A stretch of DNA of 64,000 bases from Porticoccaceae bacterium (GCA_038139495.1 JAYOSY010000002.1:59137-123136), one strand, 5' to 3'. Counted from the stretch's first letter, positions 45,518 to 56,600 are shown. Numbers and translations are program-made. Notes: a model not told the origin generated them from the letters alone.

Positions 45518-46687
45518 TTAGATGGCTCTTACGCGGATAACGCCTTCAACTTGCTCAATTTTTTCCAGCATTTCCGCAGAAATGTCGCCCTCAACATCGA
45601 TAATGTTATAGGCCACCTCGCCGCGGCTTTTATTGACCATATCCACCACGTTGAGATCAAAGTCTGCAAGTATTGATAACACGCTACCCAATACCTTAGG
45701 CACATTTTTATTGGCAAAGGTTAAGCGGCTTCCACCATTGCGTGCTAGCTTGGTTGGCGGGAAATTAACTGAGTTGTGGATATTGCCATTTTCGATATAA
45801 TCCATCAGTTGATTAGCCGCCATCACCGCACAGTTTTCTTCAGCTTCAGCAGTGCTAGCGCCAATATGCGGCATCGCTAAAACATTAGGCTTGCCCAAAA
45901 ACTCAGGCGTTGGAAAGTCGCAGATATAGCCGGCAATAACACCATTATCCAATGCTTTCACCATATCTTCTGTACTGACAATTTCTTCACGTGCAAAATT
46001 CAAAATCTTTGCTGAACTTTTCATAACGCTCAGTGTTTCAGCATTAATTAAATGCTTAGTGGCAGGAATTGCAGGAACATGCAAAGTCACAAAATCAGAT
46101 TTTGCCAATAGGGCTTCAAGGCTATCCATACGCTCAACTTGACTTGAAAGCTGCCATGCCGCCTCCACTGAAATAGCAGGATCATAGCCAATAACGTCCA
46201 TCCCTAAATCCAACGCAAGATTAGCGATAATAGAGCCAATAGCACCTAGGCCTACTACGCCTAATGTTTTACCGGTAATTTCTGAACCCGCAAAACGTTT
46301 TTTCTCTTTTTCTAAAAGCTTGCCCATCTCGGCACCGTCGTCCATATGGGTCAGCCCTTGAACGTAGTTCATGCCGCCATAGATATCGCGCGAGCCTAAC
46401 AATAGACCAGCCACAATAAGCTCTTTAACCGCATTGGCATTGGCGCCTGGCGTATTGAATACCACAATACCCTGATCGGTATAGTCAGCAACAGGAACAT
46501 TATTGACGCCGGCACCCGCTCTTGCCACTGCCAGCAAACTTTCCGGAACTTGCTCCTCATGAAGCTTTTGGCTTCGCAAAATAAACCCTTGTGGATCTGA
46601 TAGATCACTGCCAACCTCATATTTTTCAGTAGAAAATCGGCTAAGGCCTTTGGAAGAGATTGCGTTATAGGTACGAATTTTATGCAT
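45518..46687 (-). CDS. serA: D-3-phosphoglycerate dehydrogenase with ACT domain
   Basis: RAGAGVNN, NTPGANANAVKE, GLGAIG, PHIGAST.EAE; downstream of serC. Confidence 0.92.
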   Translation of the reverse strand: MHKIRTYNAISSKGLSRFSTEKYEVGSDLSDPQGFILRSQKLHEEQVPESLLAVARAGAGVNNVPVADYTDQGIVVFNTPGANANAVKELIVAGLLLGSRDIYGGMNYVQGLTHMDDGAEMGKLLEKEKKRFAGSEITGKTLGVVGLGAIGSIIANLALDLGMDVIGYDPAISVEAAWQLSSQVERMDSLEALLAKSDFVTLHVPAIPATKHLINAETLSVMKSSAKILNFAREEIVSTEDMVKALDNGVIAGYICDFPTPEFLGKPNVLAMPHIGASTAEAEENCAVMAANQLMDYIENGNIHNSVNFPPTKLARNGGSRLTFANKNVPKVLGSVLSILADFDLNVVDMVNKSRGEVAYNIIDVEGDISAEMLEKIEQVEGVIRVRAI

Positions 46688-46716
46688 AGTTAATTCTCTA
46701 ATTTAGTTCTTTTCAA

Positions 46717-47853
46717 TTATTGGGTAACTTCTGTATAAGCCCATTCCAGCCAAGGAAGCAGTGCCTCAAGGTCTGACTGCTCAACAGTTGCCCCACACCA
46801 GATTCGCAAACCTGCTGGCGCGTCGCGGTAAGCGCCTACATCAAAAGCCACTGCCTCTTCAGCGAGCAGAGCTACCATTTGCTTTACTTGATCAGCATCA
46901 AGGTCAAGACTCAAACATACACTGGTGTTTGAAATTTGATCCGGCTCTTGGGCAAGAAAATCAATCCAGGGTGTTTTGTCCACAAACCCTTTAATTGTGG
47001 CCAAGTTTGCCTCAGATTTAGCAATCGCTGCAGGCAGGCCGCCAATGGATCGAACCCACTGCAATGCATCCAAATAATCTGCAACACAAAGCATGGATGG
47101 GGTATTAATAGTGGCGCCACGGAAAATACCCTCTATCAACTTGCCGCCTTTGGTTAGGCGGAAAATTTTAGGTAATGGCCAAGGCGGGGTGTAACTTTCT
47201 AATCGCTCAACAGCACGCGGACTGAGAATAAGCATACCATGTGCACCCTCACCGCCCAGTACTTTTTGCCAGCTGTAAGTAACAACATCGAGCTTTTCCC
47301 AAGGCATATCCATAGCAAAAACTGCCGAGGTTGCATCACAGATAGTAAGACCTGAGCGGTCATCACTAATCCAATCTGCATTGGGAACCTTTACACCCGA
47401 GGTAGTTCCATTCCAAGTAAATACACAATCATGATCGGGATTTGCCTGCGACAGATCTGGCAACTCACCATAGTCTGCCGTATAGCTATTTAGGTTCTCA
47501 AGTTTGAGTTGCTTAACTGCATCTGTTAACCAGCCACGGCCGAAGGATTCCCACGCAAAAATGTCTACCGGACGCTGCCCCAGAACTGACCACATAATCA
47601 TTTCAACTGCACCCGTATCTGACGCTGGAACGACACCCACACGGTAACCCTCGGGTAACCCTAAGATTTCAGCTGTTTCAGTACAAGCTAAACCAAGGGC
47701 CTTTTTACCTAAAGTGGAGCGATGCGAACGCCCTAAAGTTTCAATTTGCAACTGATCAAGACTATAACCTGGTCGTTTAGAGCAGGGGCCTGATGAAAAA
47801 TTTGGGTTATTTGGCTTTGTTTTTGGTTTCATATTTTTTTTGGCTATTGCCAT
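46717..47853 (-). CDS. serC: Phosphoserine aminotransferase (Methanosarcina/alphaproteobacterial type)
   Basis: [38 protein letters not shown] lysine, TINTPSM, GLRIWCG. Confidence 0.92.
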   Translation of the reverse strand: MAIAKKNMKPKTKPNNPNFSSGPCSKRPGYSLDQLQIETLGRSHRSTLGKKALGLACTETAEILGLPEGYRVGVVPASDTGAVEMIMWSVLGQRPVDIFAWESFGRGWLTDAVKQLKLENLNSYTADYGELPDLSQANPDHDCVFTWNGTTSGVKVPNADWISDDRSGLTICDATSAVFAMDMPWEKLDVVTYSWQKVLGGEGAHGMLILSPRAVERLESYTPPWPLPKIFRLTKGGKLIEGIFRGATINTPSMLCVADYLDALQWVRSIGGLPAAIAKSEANLATIKGFVDKTPWIDFLAQEPDQISNTSVCLSLDLDADQVKQMVALLAEEAVAFDVGAYRDAPAGLRIWCGATVEQSDLEALLPWLEWAYTEVTQ

Positions 47854-47924
47854 TTTCTCCAACTTTAAAATAGAGCGCCACCGATTAATCCGACGGCTTA
47901 AAAGTTATATTCGATAATAAGAAG

Positions 47925-48563
47925 CTATTTAGCCTTAGTTGATCGCTCTTTTTCGATCAAAAACTCAGCTACTTTAAGCATGCCTGAAAAACCACCGGCT
48001 GTGGTTGTGCTTACGCGATATTTTCCATTTACTATAATTTCAGGTGTTCCACGAACGCGATAAGCACGGACTCTAGATTTTGCTTGGTTTACCATGCTGT
48101 TAGTGCCAAATGAATTAAACGCACTGTCAAACTTTTCTTTGCTCACGCCTGCAGCAACAAAGATCTCTTCAAAATCACTTTGCTTTTTAACTGACTCCTT
48201 TTTGACATGGATCGCTTCAAAAATAGGCATATGTACCTTATCCAGTACATTTAAAATTTTGGCCGCGTAGTAAGCTCGTGCATAGGGCTCAATTTTTGGT
48301 CGCCATATTGCTGGCGTTCTTTGAAAATCAACATCAGTCGGAAGTTTTTTTGCCCAAGGATGAATTTCAGATTGAAAATTAAAACAATGGCCGCAGGTAT
48401 AGGAAAAAACCTCATTGACTTCAATTTTTTCAATATTAGCGGTACGTACTGATTGCGGCAGGATATCGTAATGCTCACCCGCTTTAAAAATCTCATCTGC
48501 CGCATGGCAGATAGCCAATGGAGCAAGAGCCAGTACAAAAATAATTCTTTTAATCCATAACAT
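47925..48563 (-). CDS. dsbA: Thiol:disulfide interchange protein DsbA
   Basis: Signal peptide, CGHC active site, GTP cis-Pro loop, VNGKY. Confidence 0.92.
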   Translation of the reverse strand: MLWIKRIIFVLALAPLAICHAADEIFKAGEHYDILPQSVRTANIEKIEVNEVFSYTCGHCFNFQSEIHPWAKKLPTDVDFQRTPAIWRPKIEPYARAYYAAKILNVLDKVHMPIFEAIHVKKESVKKQSDFEEIFVAAGVSKEKFDSAFNSFGTNSMVNQAKSRVRAYRVRGTPEIIVNGKYRVSTTTAGGFSGMLKVAEFLIEKERSTKAK

Positions 48564-48580
48564 CGTTAATCTCCTTTCAA

Positions 48581-48612
48581 ATTAAACTAAGCTTAATTAA
48601 GCTTAGTTTAAT
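48581..48612. repeat. Perfect 32-bp palindrome overlapping cytochrome c4 stop codon
   Basis: ATTAAACTAAGCTTAA|TTAAGCTTAGTTTAAT. Confidence 0.85.
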
Positions 48613-49241
48613 CCAGAAATATAGTTGGCGAGCGCTTGAATTTCTTTGTCACTCAGCGCCTTTGCTACACCCTGCATTATTTTGGCATTGGAGCCTGAAT
48701 CACGCTCACCACTTCTGTATGCTTTAAGTTGCTTTTCAGTGTATTCGGCGTATTGGCCACCAAGAGCCGGGTAGCCGGCAGGGCCATTGCCCTTACCTGA
48801 AGGCGAGTGACAAGCTATACAGGCAGCAACGCCAGTTTTCAGATTGCCAGCTCGGTAAAGTTTTTCGCCTAGCTGAAGAACTTTTTCAGGATCATCCATG
48901 CCTAACAGAGTAATTTCTTTAGCACCTGCAATTTGCAAAGATTGGCTGTTGTAGTAGGCTGCCATATCTTGAAGATCTTGATCTGTCATATGATCAAGAA
49001 TTCCCATCATCTCCATAATAACTCGCTCACCAGCCTTGATATGGCGCAGTTGAGCTGTAAGATATTTTTCACCGAGACCTGCAAGTTTTGGGAATGAAGG
49101 TATCGCACTGTTTCCATCCTGACCGTGACAACCAGCACAACTGGCAGTTTTTAACTTACCTGCTTCTGCATCACCAGCAGCCCAAACGGGTGCAGTTAAA
49201 AACATAGAAAGCAAGCCGTAAACAAAAAAGATTCTTTTCAT
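48603..49241 (-). CDS. Diheme cytochrome c4
   Basis: Signal peptide, CAGCH and CIACH heme motifs; between engB and dsbA. Confidence 0.93.
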   Translation of the reverse strand: MKRIFFVYGLLSMFLTAPVWAAGDAEAGKLKTASCAGCHGQDGNSAIPSFPKLAGLGEKYLTAQLRHIKAGERVIMEMMGILDHMTDQDLQDMAAYYNSQSLQIAGAKEITLLGMDDPEKVLQLGEKLYRAGNLKTGVAACIACHSPSGKGNGPAGYPALGGQYAEYTEKQLKAYRSGERDSGSNAKIMQGVAKALSDKEIQALANYISGLN

Positions 49242-49392
49242 GGTTATTCCAAATCTCATAATCCGTTAGAATAGTCGGGTATATTGTGTATATACGCGAG
49301 ATTAATAAAGTAGGCGGTTAGCTCGTTGAGCATCAGCCGGCGCATTATATACCAATTAGCTGTTTTTCTTAAGCAAATTACACTGTCTTTTT

Positions 49393-50007
49393 ATGGATTT
49401 TAAAAAAGTGAATTTTAATACTGTTAAATTTTTGATCAGCGCACAAACTCTTCAACAGTGCCCAGCTGATAAGGGTAGCGAAATTGCTTTTGCAGGCCGC
49501 TCTAATGCAGGGAAATCCAGTGCTATCAACACGCTAACGCGTAATAAAAGTTTAGCTCGAACCAGTAAAACACCAGGTCGAACTCAGCTTATAAATCACT
49601 TTGAATTAACACCAGAGAGCCGTCTTGTGGATTTGCCTGGCTATGGTTTTGCTAAGGTCCCAAAAGAAATTAAAGCTAAATGGGATCGCAACCTTTCTGA
49701 GTATCTACAGAATCGAAAAAGCTTATGCGGCTTGATACTATTAATGGATATAAGGCATCCACTACAGGATTTTGATCGACAGATGCTAAATTGGGCGGCT
49801 CAAGCTAGCCTTCCCGTGCATATTTTGCTGACCAAGGCAGATAAACTTAAGCGCGGCCCAGCAATGAGCTCACTATTAAAAGTAGAAAAGTTACTGCGCG
49901 ATATGGATCCAGGCTATACACTGTTAAGCGCCCAAATTTTTTCATCTCTAAAAAAAACAGGTCTTGAAAATCTCGAGCAAAAGATTACTAGTTGGCTACA
50001 GGATTAG
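49393..50007 (+). CDS. engB: Ribosome biogenesis GTPase YihA/EngB
   Basis: [27 protein letters not shown]. Confidence 0.96.
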   Translation: MDFKKVNFNTVKFLISAQTLQQCPADKGSEIAFAGRSNAGKSSAINTLTRNKSLARTSKTPGRTQLINHFELTPESRLVDLPGYGFAKVPKEIKAKWDRNLSEYLQNRKSLCGLILLMDIRHPLQDFDRQMLNWAAQASLPVHILLTKADKLKRGPAMSSLLKVEKLLRDMDPGYTLLSAQIFSSLKKTGLENLEQKITSWLQD

Positions 50008-50009
50008 TT

Positions 50010-50042
50010 AAAAAAAAGGCCCTGATCAAAGATGCAGGGCCT
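50010..50042 (-). terminator. Intrinsic terminator
   Basis: Minus strand AGGCCCTG-loop-CAGGGCCT followed by T run. Confidence 0.85.
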
Positions 50043-50108
50043 GAAAAGACTCGGAGAGATCATGTGCAATTCTCACTAGGGGAAGAGAACTCACTTTTTG
50101 CTACTTGC
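50010..50108 (-). ncRNA. Candidate sRNA at the Spot42/ErsA position between polA and engB
   Basis: ~100 nt between an ECF-like promoter (GAACTT-N15-TCTAA, 50140-50115) and an intrinsic terminator; syntenic position. Confidence 0.55.
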
Positions 50109-50167
50109 AATATTTTAGACAGCCTTTTTTGAGTAAGTTCAATTTTTTTAAAAAAATTATTTATTTT

Positions 50168-52927
50168 TTAATGTGCCTCATCCCAATTATGACCGACGCC
50201 TACATCCACCAATAATTTAACCTGCAGGCTAGCAGCATTTTCCATACATTCTTTGACACCAATAATAACCTGCTGGTGTTCGCTTTCAGGCACCTCAAGC
50301 ACTAGCTCATCATGAACCTGCATAATCATTCGGCTTTTTAGCTTTTTATTTCTCAACCAGTTATCTACATTGATCATCGCTAATTTGATAATATCCGCCG
50401 CCGTGCCCTGCATGGGCGCGTTAATTGCGGTTCGCTCTGCCGCCTGACGAAGCATGCCATTTCGGCTATTTATTTCAGGGAGATAAAGTCTTCTCCCAAA
50501 GTGCGTTTCTACATAGCCCTTTTCAGCGGCACTATGACGCACCTGATTCATATACTCTTGAACGCCTGGGTAACGTTGGAAATAAAGCTCAATATATTCT
50601 GATGCCTGCTTGCGCCCAATATTTAACTGCTTCGCCAAGCCAAATGCAGACATGCCGTAAATAAGACCAAAATTGATGGCCTTTGCACTGCGACGCTGAT
50701 CGCTTGTGACCTGCGCTAAATTAACGCCAAAAACTTCAGCTGCTGTTGCCCTATGCACATCTTGCCCAAGCTCAAAAGCCTTGAGTAGATTCTTGTCGCC
50801 TGATAAATGCGCCATAATACGCAATTCAATTTGCGAGTAATCTGCGGCAATTAATTTATGCCCTGGGGGCGCTATAAATGCCTGCCTAACCCGACGTCCT
50901 TCCGCCGTTCGAATGGGAATATTTTGTAGATTAGGATCAGAGGATGAAAGTCTACCCGTCGCAGTACCCGCCTGATGATAGGAGGTATGAATGCGTCTTG
51001 TTGTGGGGTTGATCATAATCGGCAACTTATCGGTATATGTCGACTTCAGCTTGGCTAAACCACGATGCTCTAAGAGCACTTTAGGCAAAGGATAATCTAA
51101 GGCTAATTCTTGCAAAACCTCTTCTTTAGTCGAGGGTGCTCCCTTAGCGGTTTTCTTTAACACTGGGATTTCTAATTTTGTGAATAGAATTTCAGCCAGC
51201 TGCTTAGGAGATGCCAAATTAAACTGCTGCCCTGCTAGCTCCCATGCCTGTGTTTCCAATTCAGCCAGCCGCTCTGCCAGTTCTTGGCTTTGTTGAAATA
51301 ATAATGTGTCATCAACCAGCGCACCCGTGCGCTCAATGCGTGATAGCACTTTTATAAGCGGTAACTCGATTTCTTCGAATAAGGTTTTTAACGGTAATTC
51401 AGCCTTCACCTGTGGCCAAAGCACCTGATGCAAACGCAAGGTAATATCTGCGTCTTCTGCAGCATAGGGTCCCGCTTGCTCGAGAACAATTTGATTAAAG
51501 GTTAGCTGCGACGCTCCCTTGCCGGCAATTTCAGTAAAGCTCGTTGTTTCAACCTCTAGATAGTGTTGAGCCAGACTATCCATGTCATGTCGCGTTGCCA
51601 CACTATTAATAACATAAGATTCCAGCATGGTGTCATAGGCAATGCCCTTAAGGTCAATGCCGTGCTGGGCCAACACACTTGTATCATATTTTAAATTCTG
51701 TCCCACTTTTTTGATTTTTGGGTCTTCTAGAATTGGCTTAATTGCTTCAAGCACAGTTTCTCGCGAAAGTTGTTGTGGCACACCTAAATAGTCATGGCCA
51801 AAGGGAATGTAGGCAGCCTCACCGGCTTCAATAGCAACGCTAATACCCACAAGATCTGCCACCATATAATCCAAGCTAGTTGTTTCAGTATCTACTGCCA
51901 TAAGCTGGCTGTTTTGCAGCTTTTGTAACCAGTTTGATAATTGTTGTTGATCTAATAGGGTTTCATAATTAATGACTGAGGGCGCGATTACGGACGATTG
52001 ATTATTGGCCTCAACCTCCTGAGAAGCTGGTGTTGGCTGCGCTGAATCGGCATTTCCCGATAACTCATTAATCCAAGTTTTGAATTCTAAGTCGACAAAT
52101 AAGCTCAGTAATTTATCCTTATCAGGCGCCTGGTTAGCTAGCTCATCAACCGCAAGATCAACCTCAACATCCGTTTTAATGGTGGCTAACTGATAAGATA
52201 GATAGGCAAGCTCACGATGCTCTTCAAGCTTAGCCGCCATAGTTTTTGCGCCACGAAAACTCAGGGTTTCAACTTCATCGAGTCGCTTATAAATTGAGTC
52301 AATGCCACCTAGACCCTGCAATAAACCTAGTGCAGTTTTTTCGCCCACACCCGGCACTCCAGGAATATTGTCAGATTTATCCCCAAGCAGGGCTAGAAAA
52401 TCAATAATCAGTTCGGGCGGAATACCAAATTTAGCGATCACCCCTTCCCTATCAAGCTCAGTATCAGTCATAGTATTGACCAAGCTGATATGCTCGTTAA
52501 CTAGCTGAGCTATATCCTTGTCACCTGTTGAGATAATCACAGGCTGCTTTTTTTCAGTAGCCTGAACCGCATAGGTACCAATGACATCGTCTGCTTCTAC
52601 GCCTTCTATACTAATAAGTGGCATACCCATAGCGCGGATAACATCATGTATGGGTTGAATTTGCGACCTAAGCTCATCGGGCATAGGAGGCCGATTTGCC
52701 TTATAGTCACTGTAGATATCATCGCGAAATGTTTTACCCTTAGCATCAAATATCACTGCAGTGGTGCTGTTGGGGTAGTCTTTTTGCAGGCGTCGCATCA
52801 TATTGATAACACCTTTAACTGCACCTGTTGGCAAGCCCTTACTATTAGTCAGCGGAGGCAATGCATGAAAGGCTCGATAAAGGTATGAGGAGCCATCCAC
52901 AAGAATTAGCGGCGTTTTATCAGTCAT
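50168..52927 (-). CDS. polA: DNA polymerase I
   Basis: [12 protein letters not shown] 5'-3' exo, DTETT 3'-5' exo, [25 protein letters not shown]. Confidence 0.98.
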   Translation of the reverse strand: MTDKTPLILVDGSSYLYRAFHALPPLTNSKGLPTGAVKGVINMMRRLQKDYPNSTTAVIFDAKGKTFRDDIYSDYKANRPPMPDELRSQIQPIHDVIRAMGMPLISIEGVEADDVIGTYAVQATEKKQPVIISTGDKDIAQLVNEHISLVNTMTDTELDREGVIAKFGIPPELIIDFLALLGDKSDNIPGVPGVGEKTALGLLQGLGGIDSIYKRLDEVETLSFRGAKTMAAKLEEHRELAYLSYQLATIKTDVEVDLAVDELANQAPDKDKLLSLFVDLEFKTWINELSGNADSAQPTPASQEVEANNQSSVIAPSVINYETLLDQQQLSNWLQKLQNSQLMAVDTETTSLDYMVADLVGISVAIEAGEAAYIPFGHDYLGVPQQLSRETVLEAIKPILEDPKIKKVGQNLKYDTSVLAQHGIDLKGIAYDTMLESYVINSVATRHDMDSLAQHYLEVETTSFTEIAGKGASQLTFNQIVLEQAGPYAAEDADITLRLHQVLWPQVKAELPLKTLFEEIELPLIKVLSRIERTGALVDDTLLFQQSQELAERLAELETQAWELAGQQFNLASPKQLAEILFTKLEIPVLKKTAKGAPSTKEEVLQELALDYPLPKVLLEHRGLAKLKSTYTDKLPIMINPTTRRIHTSYHQAGTATGRLSSSDPNLQNIPIRTAEGRRVRQAFIAPPGHKLIAADYSQIELRIMAHLSGDKNLLKAFELGQDVHRATAAEVFGVNLAQVTSDQRRSAKAINFGLIYGMSAFGLAKQLNIGRKQASEYIELYFQRYPGVQEYMNQVRHSAAEKGYVETHFGRRLYLPEINSRNGMLRQAAERTAINAPMQGTAADIIKLAMINVDNWLRNKKLKSRMIMQVHDELVLEVPESEHQQVIIGVKECMENAASLQVKLLVDVGVGHNWDEAH

Positions 52928-52969
52928 GGTTTCTAGCTTATGTCATTACTTTAATAACCTAAGGATACA

Positions 52970-53893
52970 TCAATTTTCAAAACAAGAAGCAAATTGCTCA
53001 GCCAAACCATATAGATAGGACTCATAGCTGGGCAATTCATCTTGATATGCTACCGCGAGTATATCTATTGTTTTTGTCGGGACGGCTAAGTCCTTGGCTA
53101 TAGCAATTGCGTCTTTTTGGCCATGTTGCGGCTCAACAAATACACAACTAACGCCCCTTTTCTGACTCTCTAAACGTAAATTATATTGCGTTTTGGCCCC
53201 CTGCTGCTTACCCAGCATGTCACGAATTGACAAGCCCGGCTGAAGATTAAATGCTTCAACAAAATATCCAAAGCCCTGATGATGAACAATGTAATTACCC
53301 TGTTTGGCATTTTTTAGAAGATTTTCTATCGCCTGCTTCGACTTTTGGCTGAATATTTGATCGGCCTTTATACCTAAGCGCTTAGATAATACATGGGCTA
53401 ATTGCATAGCAATTTCGGGTGATAGCCAAATATGGGGATCAATATCACCATGGTGGTCGTCATGATCATCATGCGAGAGATCATGATAATCCTCGGGATG
53501 CTCGTCATGCTCTTCATTGTGACCAGAGTCTTGATGATCAGTCTCTAGCAAGTCCATTGCCGTAACAATTTTCTCCGAGGGTATATTAGCAAACTGTTTG
53601 GCAGCTCTAACTTCAAATTCTCGCCCAATCCACAGCACTAGGTTTGCATCAGCAATTTTTCGAACATCTGAGAGCTTAAGGATAACGTCATGAGGTGAAA
53701 GCGCCGCAGGCATCAGATATTCAACCGATACATTATCTTTAAACGCCGATTGAGCAATAATTGCTAGAGGTTTAATACTTGTGACCAGTAATGGCTTGCT
53801 GTTTTCTTCAGCACAAACTACTGAAGCTTGAGAAAATAACGAAATAAATAAAGTAAGGCAGAGCGCTTTAATTGAAATGTTATAATATAACAT
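52970..53893 (-). CDS. znuA: Zinc ABC transporter substrate-binding protein
   Basis: TSIKPL, SPHD, His/Asp-rich loop, DPHIWLSP, CVFVEP; divergent from zur. Confidence 0.9.
   Translation of the reverse strand: MLYYNISIKALCLTLFISLFSQASVVCAEENSKPLLVTSIKPLAIIAQSAFKDNVSVEYLMPAALSPHDVILKLSDVRKIADANLVLWIGREFEVRAAKQFANIPSEKIVTAMDLLETDHQDSGHNEEHDEHPEDYHDLSHDDHDDHHGDIDPHIWLSPEIAMQLAHVLSKRLGIKADQIFSQKSKQAIENLLKNAKQGNYIVHHQGFGYFVEAFNLQPGLSIRDMLGKQQGAKTQYNLRLESQKRGVSCVFVEPQHGQKDAIAIAKDLAVPTKTIDILAVAYQDELPSYESYLYGLAEQFASCFEN
53877..53893. promoter_or_regulatory. Zur box 1 (overlaps znuA start codon)
   Basis: ATGTTATA-A-TATAACAT palindrome preceded by GAA. Confidence 0.88.
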
Positions 53894-53959
53894 AATTGTA
53901 TATCACCACTTTAATCCAATAAAAATAATCTTTTAGAGCTATTTAATTAATAAAAATTT

Positions 53960-53976
53960 ATGTTATATTATAACAT
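53960..53976. promoter_or_regulatory. Zur box 2 (upstream of zur)
   Basis: ATGTTATA-T-TATAACAT palindrome. Confidence 0.88.
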
Positions 53977-54000
53977 ACTATTTATTACCATGGGTATTAT

Positions 54001-54498
54001 ATGCTCACTAATGCGCGCTTAGTCTACCAGACACACGATCATGTTCGCTGTATTAATGCCGCCATAAATCGTGCCCATGAAATATGCGGCAACGCCAATG
54101 TACGCCTTACCTCAACTAGAGAGGCTATATTAAAGTTGCTATGGCAAAGCCACCAACCATTGGGCGCCTACCAACTACAGCAACAATTAACCAAAGTCAG
54201 CGACAAACCCATCGCCCCTCCCACAATATATAGAGCGATTGAATTTCTTACCGATCTTGGCCTTGTGCATCGTATTCCCTCTTTAAATGCCTATGTTGGC
54301 TGCCCCTTTCCCAACAGCGATCATAGTAATATCTTTTTAATCTGTGAAAGCTGTAAAACTGTAGCAGAAATAGCGGATAATAGGGTTAATACTTTGCTAG
54401 AGGGGCTGAGTGATAAGGCTAACTTCAAGCCTAAGTCACAAACAATAGAACTATTTGGTCTCTGTCCAAATTGCGAGCCTGGAGACAATGATGAGTGA
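54001..54498 (+). CDS. zur: Zinc uptake regulator (Fur family)
   Basis: RLT..R, APPTIYRAIEFL, two CxxC motifs; in znu locus. Confidence 0.94.
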   Translation: MLTNARLVYQTHDHVRCINAAINRAHEICGNANVRLTSTREAILKLLWQSHQPLGAYQLQQQLTKVSDKPIAPPTIYRAIEFLTDLGLVHRIPSLNAYVGCPFPNSDHSNIFLICESCKTVAEIADNRVNTLLEGLSDKANFKPKSQTIELFGLCPNCEPGDNDE

Positions 54499-55252
54499 TC
54501 CGCTAATAACGCTTGAATCTATCAATAAATCGTTTGCAGAGAAAAAGGTTTTGCAAAACGTCTCCATGACTATTAATAGGGGTGAAATTACCACCATTAT
54601 TGGCCCCAATGGCGCCGGAAAATCCTCTTTAGTACGAGTTATACTAGGGTTGATAGCGCCCGACGAAGGCAATATACAAAAATCTGATGATTTATTGATT
54701 GGCTATATGCCGCAAAAAATTCATATTGATCCCACACTGCCGATTTCAACCTGTAGGTTTTTACAGTTAGCCAACACCTCCCATGATGCCTGCCATAAGG
54801 CACTAGACCTTGTGGGGATACCCGAGGTTAAAAATACCCCTTTTCATAAACTGTCTGGCGGCGAAATGCAGCGCGCACTCTTGGCTAGAGCCATTTTACG
54901 CCAGCCCAACTTATTAGTTTTGGATGAACCTGTTCAGGGCGTAGATTTCAATGGCCAAAACGCGCTGTACGGCCTGATAGGTGAGCTTAGGTCGTCTCTT
55001 AATTGTGGAATTGTAATGGTCTCTCACGATTTACATCTTGTCATGTCATCTACAGACCATGTGATCTGCCTCAATCATCATATTTGTTGTCAGGGTAAAC
55101 CTGAACAGGTGACCCAAGACCCCGCCTATTTGGATATTTTTGGCGAAACTGCACTCTATAATCATCAGCACAATCATCAACACAGCTTACAAGGCAAAGT
55201 GTTGGATGAAGACGGTAATCATCAACATGGGGAGGGGTGTCAACATGATTGA
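54488..55252 (+). CDS. znuC: Zinc ABC transporter ATPase
   Basis: GPNGAGKS, LSGGEMQR, LDEPVQGVD, ICLNHHICC, His-rich tail. Confidence 0.94.
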   Translation: MMSDPLITLESINKSFAEKKVLQNVSMTINRGEITTIIGPNGAGKSSLVRVILGLIAPDEGNIQKSDDLLIGYMPQKIHIDPTLPISTCRFLQLANTSHDACHKALDLVGIPEVKNTPFHKLSGGEMQRALLARAILRQPNLLVLDEPVQGVDFNGQNALYGLIGELRSSLNCGIVMVSHDLHLVMSSTDHVICLNHHICCQGKPEQVTQDPAYLDIFGETALYNHQHNHQHSLQGKVLDEDGNHQHGEGCQHD

Positions 55253-56030
55253 TTTTCTTTTATATGCTCTCCTTGCCGGTCTTGGCGTTGCATTAGTCGC
55301 AGGCCCTTTAGGTTGCTTTGTGGTGTGGCGCCGCATGGCATACTTTGGGGATACACTTGCTCACAGCGCGCTGCTTGGGGTTTCGTTGGGGGTTCTATTA
55401 AATATTGATTTGGGCATTGCTGTTACTGCAGTTTGCCTATTAATGGCACTGGGGCTTGTAACGCTTGATCATCAGGGTATATTAGCATTAGATACCCTTT
55501 TAGGTATTTTATCTCATTCCTCTCTGGCCGCAGGACTGGTGGTGATTTCATTGCTTTCCGATGTCAGAGTAGACCTAATGTCTCTATTATTTGGCGACCT
55601 ACTATCCGTCACTAAGGCGGATTTATGGGTCATTTATTCTGGAGCAGGGATAGCCATTATGCTTCTAATTTCCTTATGGAAGTCGTTGATAAGCATTACC
55701 GTTGAGCCAGAATTAGCTGCAGTAGAGGGGGTTAAAGTTGCACGCGTGCGCACAGCATTAATGGTTATTACTGCATTAGTTATTGCGATTGCCATGAAAA
55801 TTGTTGGTGTCCTATTAATTACGGCATTACTCATTATTCCCGCCGCCGCCGCGCGAAGAATTAGTGCTACACCTGAATCCATGGCCGTGGTTGCCAGCCT
55901 TGTAGCGATGCTGGCAGTGGCCTCTGGCCTTGGCGCTTCCTGGTATATTGATACGCCAGCAGGGCCCTCCATTGTGATTAGTGCGACGCTGGCTTTTTGC
56001 CTATCTCTGGGGCTGAAACAAAAAGGCTAG
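55245..56030 (+). CDS. znuB: Zinc ABC transporter permease
   Basis: GPLGCFVVWRRMAYFGDTLAHS, VGVLLITALLIIPAA; start at ATG 55245. Confidence 0.95.
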   Translation: MIDFLLYALLAGLGVALVAGPLGCFVVWRRMAYFGDTLAHSALLGVSLGVLLNIDLGIAVTAVCLLMALGLVTLDHQGILALDTLLGILSHSSLAAGLVVISLLSDVRVDLMSLLFGDLLSVTKADLWVIYSGAGIAIMLLISLWKSLISITVEPELAAVEGVKVARVRTALMVITALVIAIAMKIVGVLLITALLIIPAAAARRISATPESMAVVASLVAMLAVASGLGASWYIDTPAGPSIVISATLAFCLSLGLKQKG

Positions 56031-56054
56031 GAATCAAGCGCTAGAATGACGCCC

Positions 56055-56600
56055 TTAAAATTTAGTGAACCCTTCGGATAGTGACTGCCATATTTCATCG
56101 GCATCAGTATTAGCAGTATTTGTGTCTTTACTGTTGGTGTCCAATAAAATTGACCGGCCTATTCCTGCTCCCCTAGCCGCCTGCATATCGGTTTCATTAT
56201 CACCAATCATGACGCAGTCGTTTGGCTCAAGATCAAAATCTCTAATAGCTTGCAGTAACATACCTGGGGCAGGCTTGCGGCATTCGCTGTTTTTTAGATA
56301 GGGGGGTTTAGCCTTTTCCGGATGGAAAGGGCTGTAGTAAACAGCATCTATTGGGCACTTACTTTCTGCAAACTGAGTCTTCATCCATTCAGATAATTTT
56401 AGAAAATCATTCTCTGTATAGTATCCGCGGCCAATGCCCGACTGGTTAGTAACAACAATTAACTTATAGCCAAGTCGTTTGAGATGCTGGCAGAGCTCCA
56501 TAATGTTGGGCATAAAATCAAATTCTTCCACTTTATGCACATAGCCGTGATCGATGTTAATAACACCGTCTCTATCTAGAAAAACTGCCTTGTTGCTCAT
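56055..56600 (-). CDS. gmhB: D-glycero-D-manno-heptose 1,7-bisphosphate phosphatase
   Basis: FLDRDGVIN, VTNQSGI, CRKP.PGM, IGD. Confidence 0.94.
   Translation of the reverse strand: MSNKAVFLDRDGVINIDHGYVHKVEEFDFMPNIMELCQHLKRLGYKLIVVTNQSGIGRGYYTENDFLKLSEWMKTQFAESKCPIDAVYYSPFHPEKAKPPYLKNSECRKPAPGMLLQAIRDFDLEPNDCVMIGDNETDMQAARGAGIGRSILLDTNSKDTNTANTDADEIWQSLSEGFTKF

Noticed and set aside
53440-53540. His/Asp-rich low-complexity repeat
   Set aside because: Normal zinc-capturing loop of ZnuA
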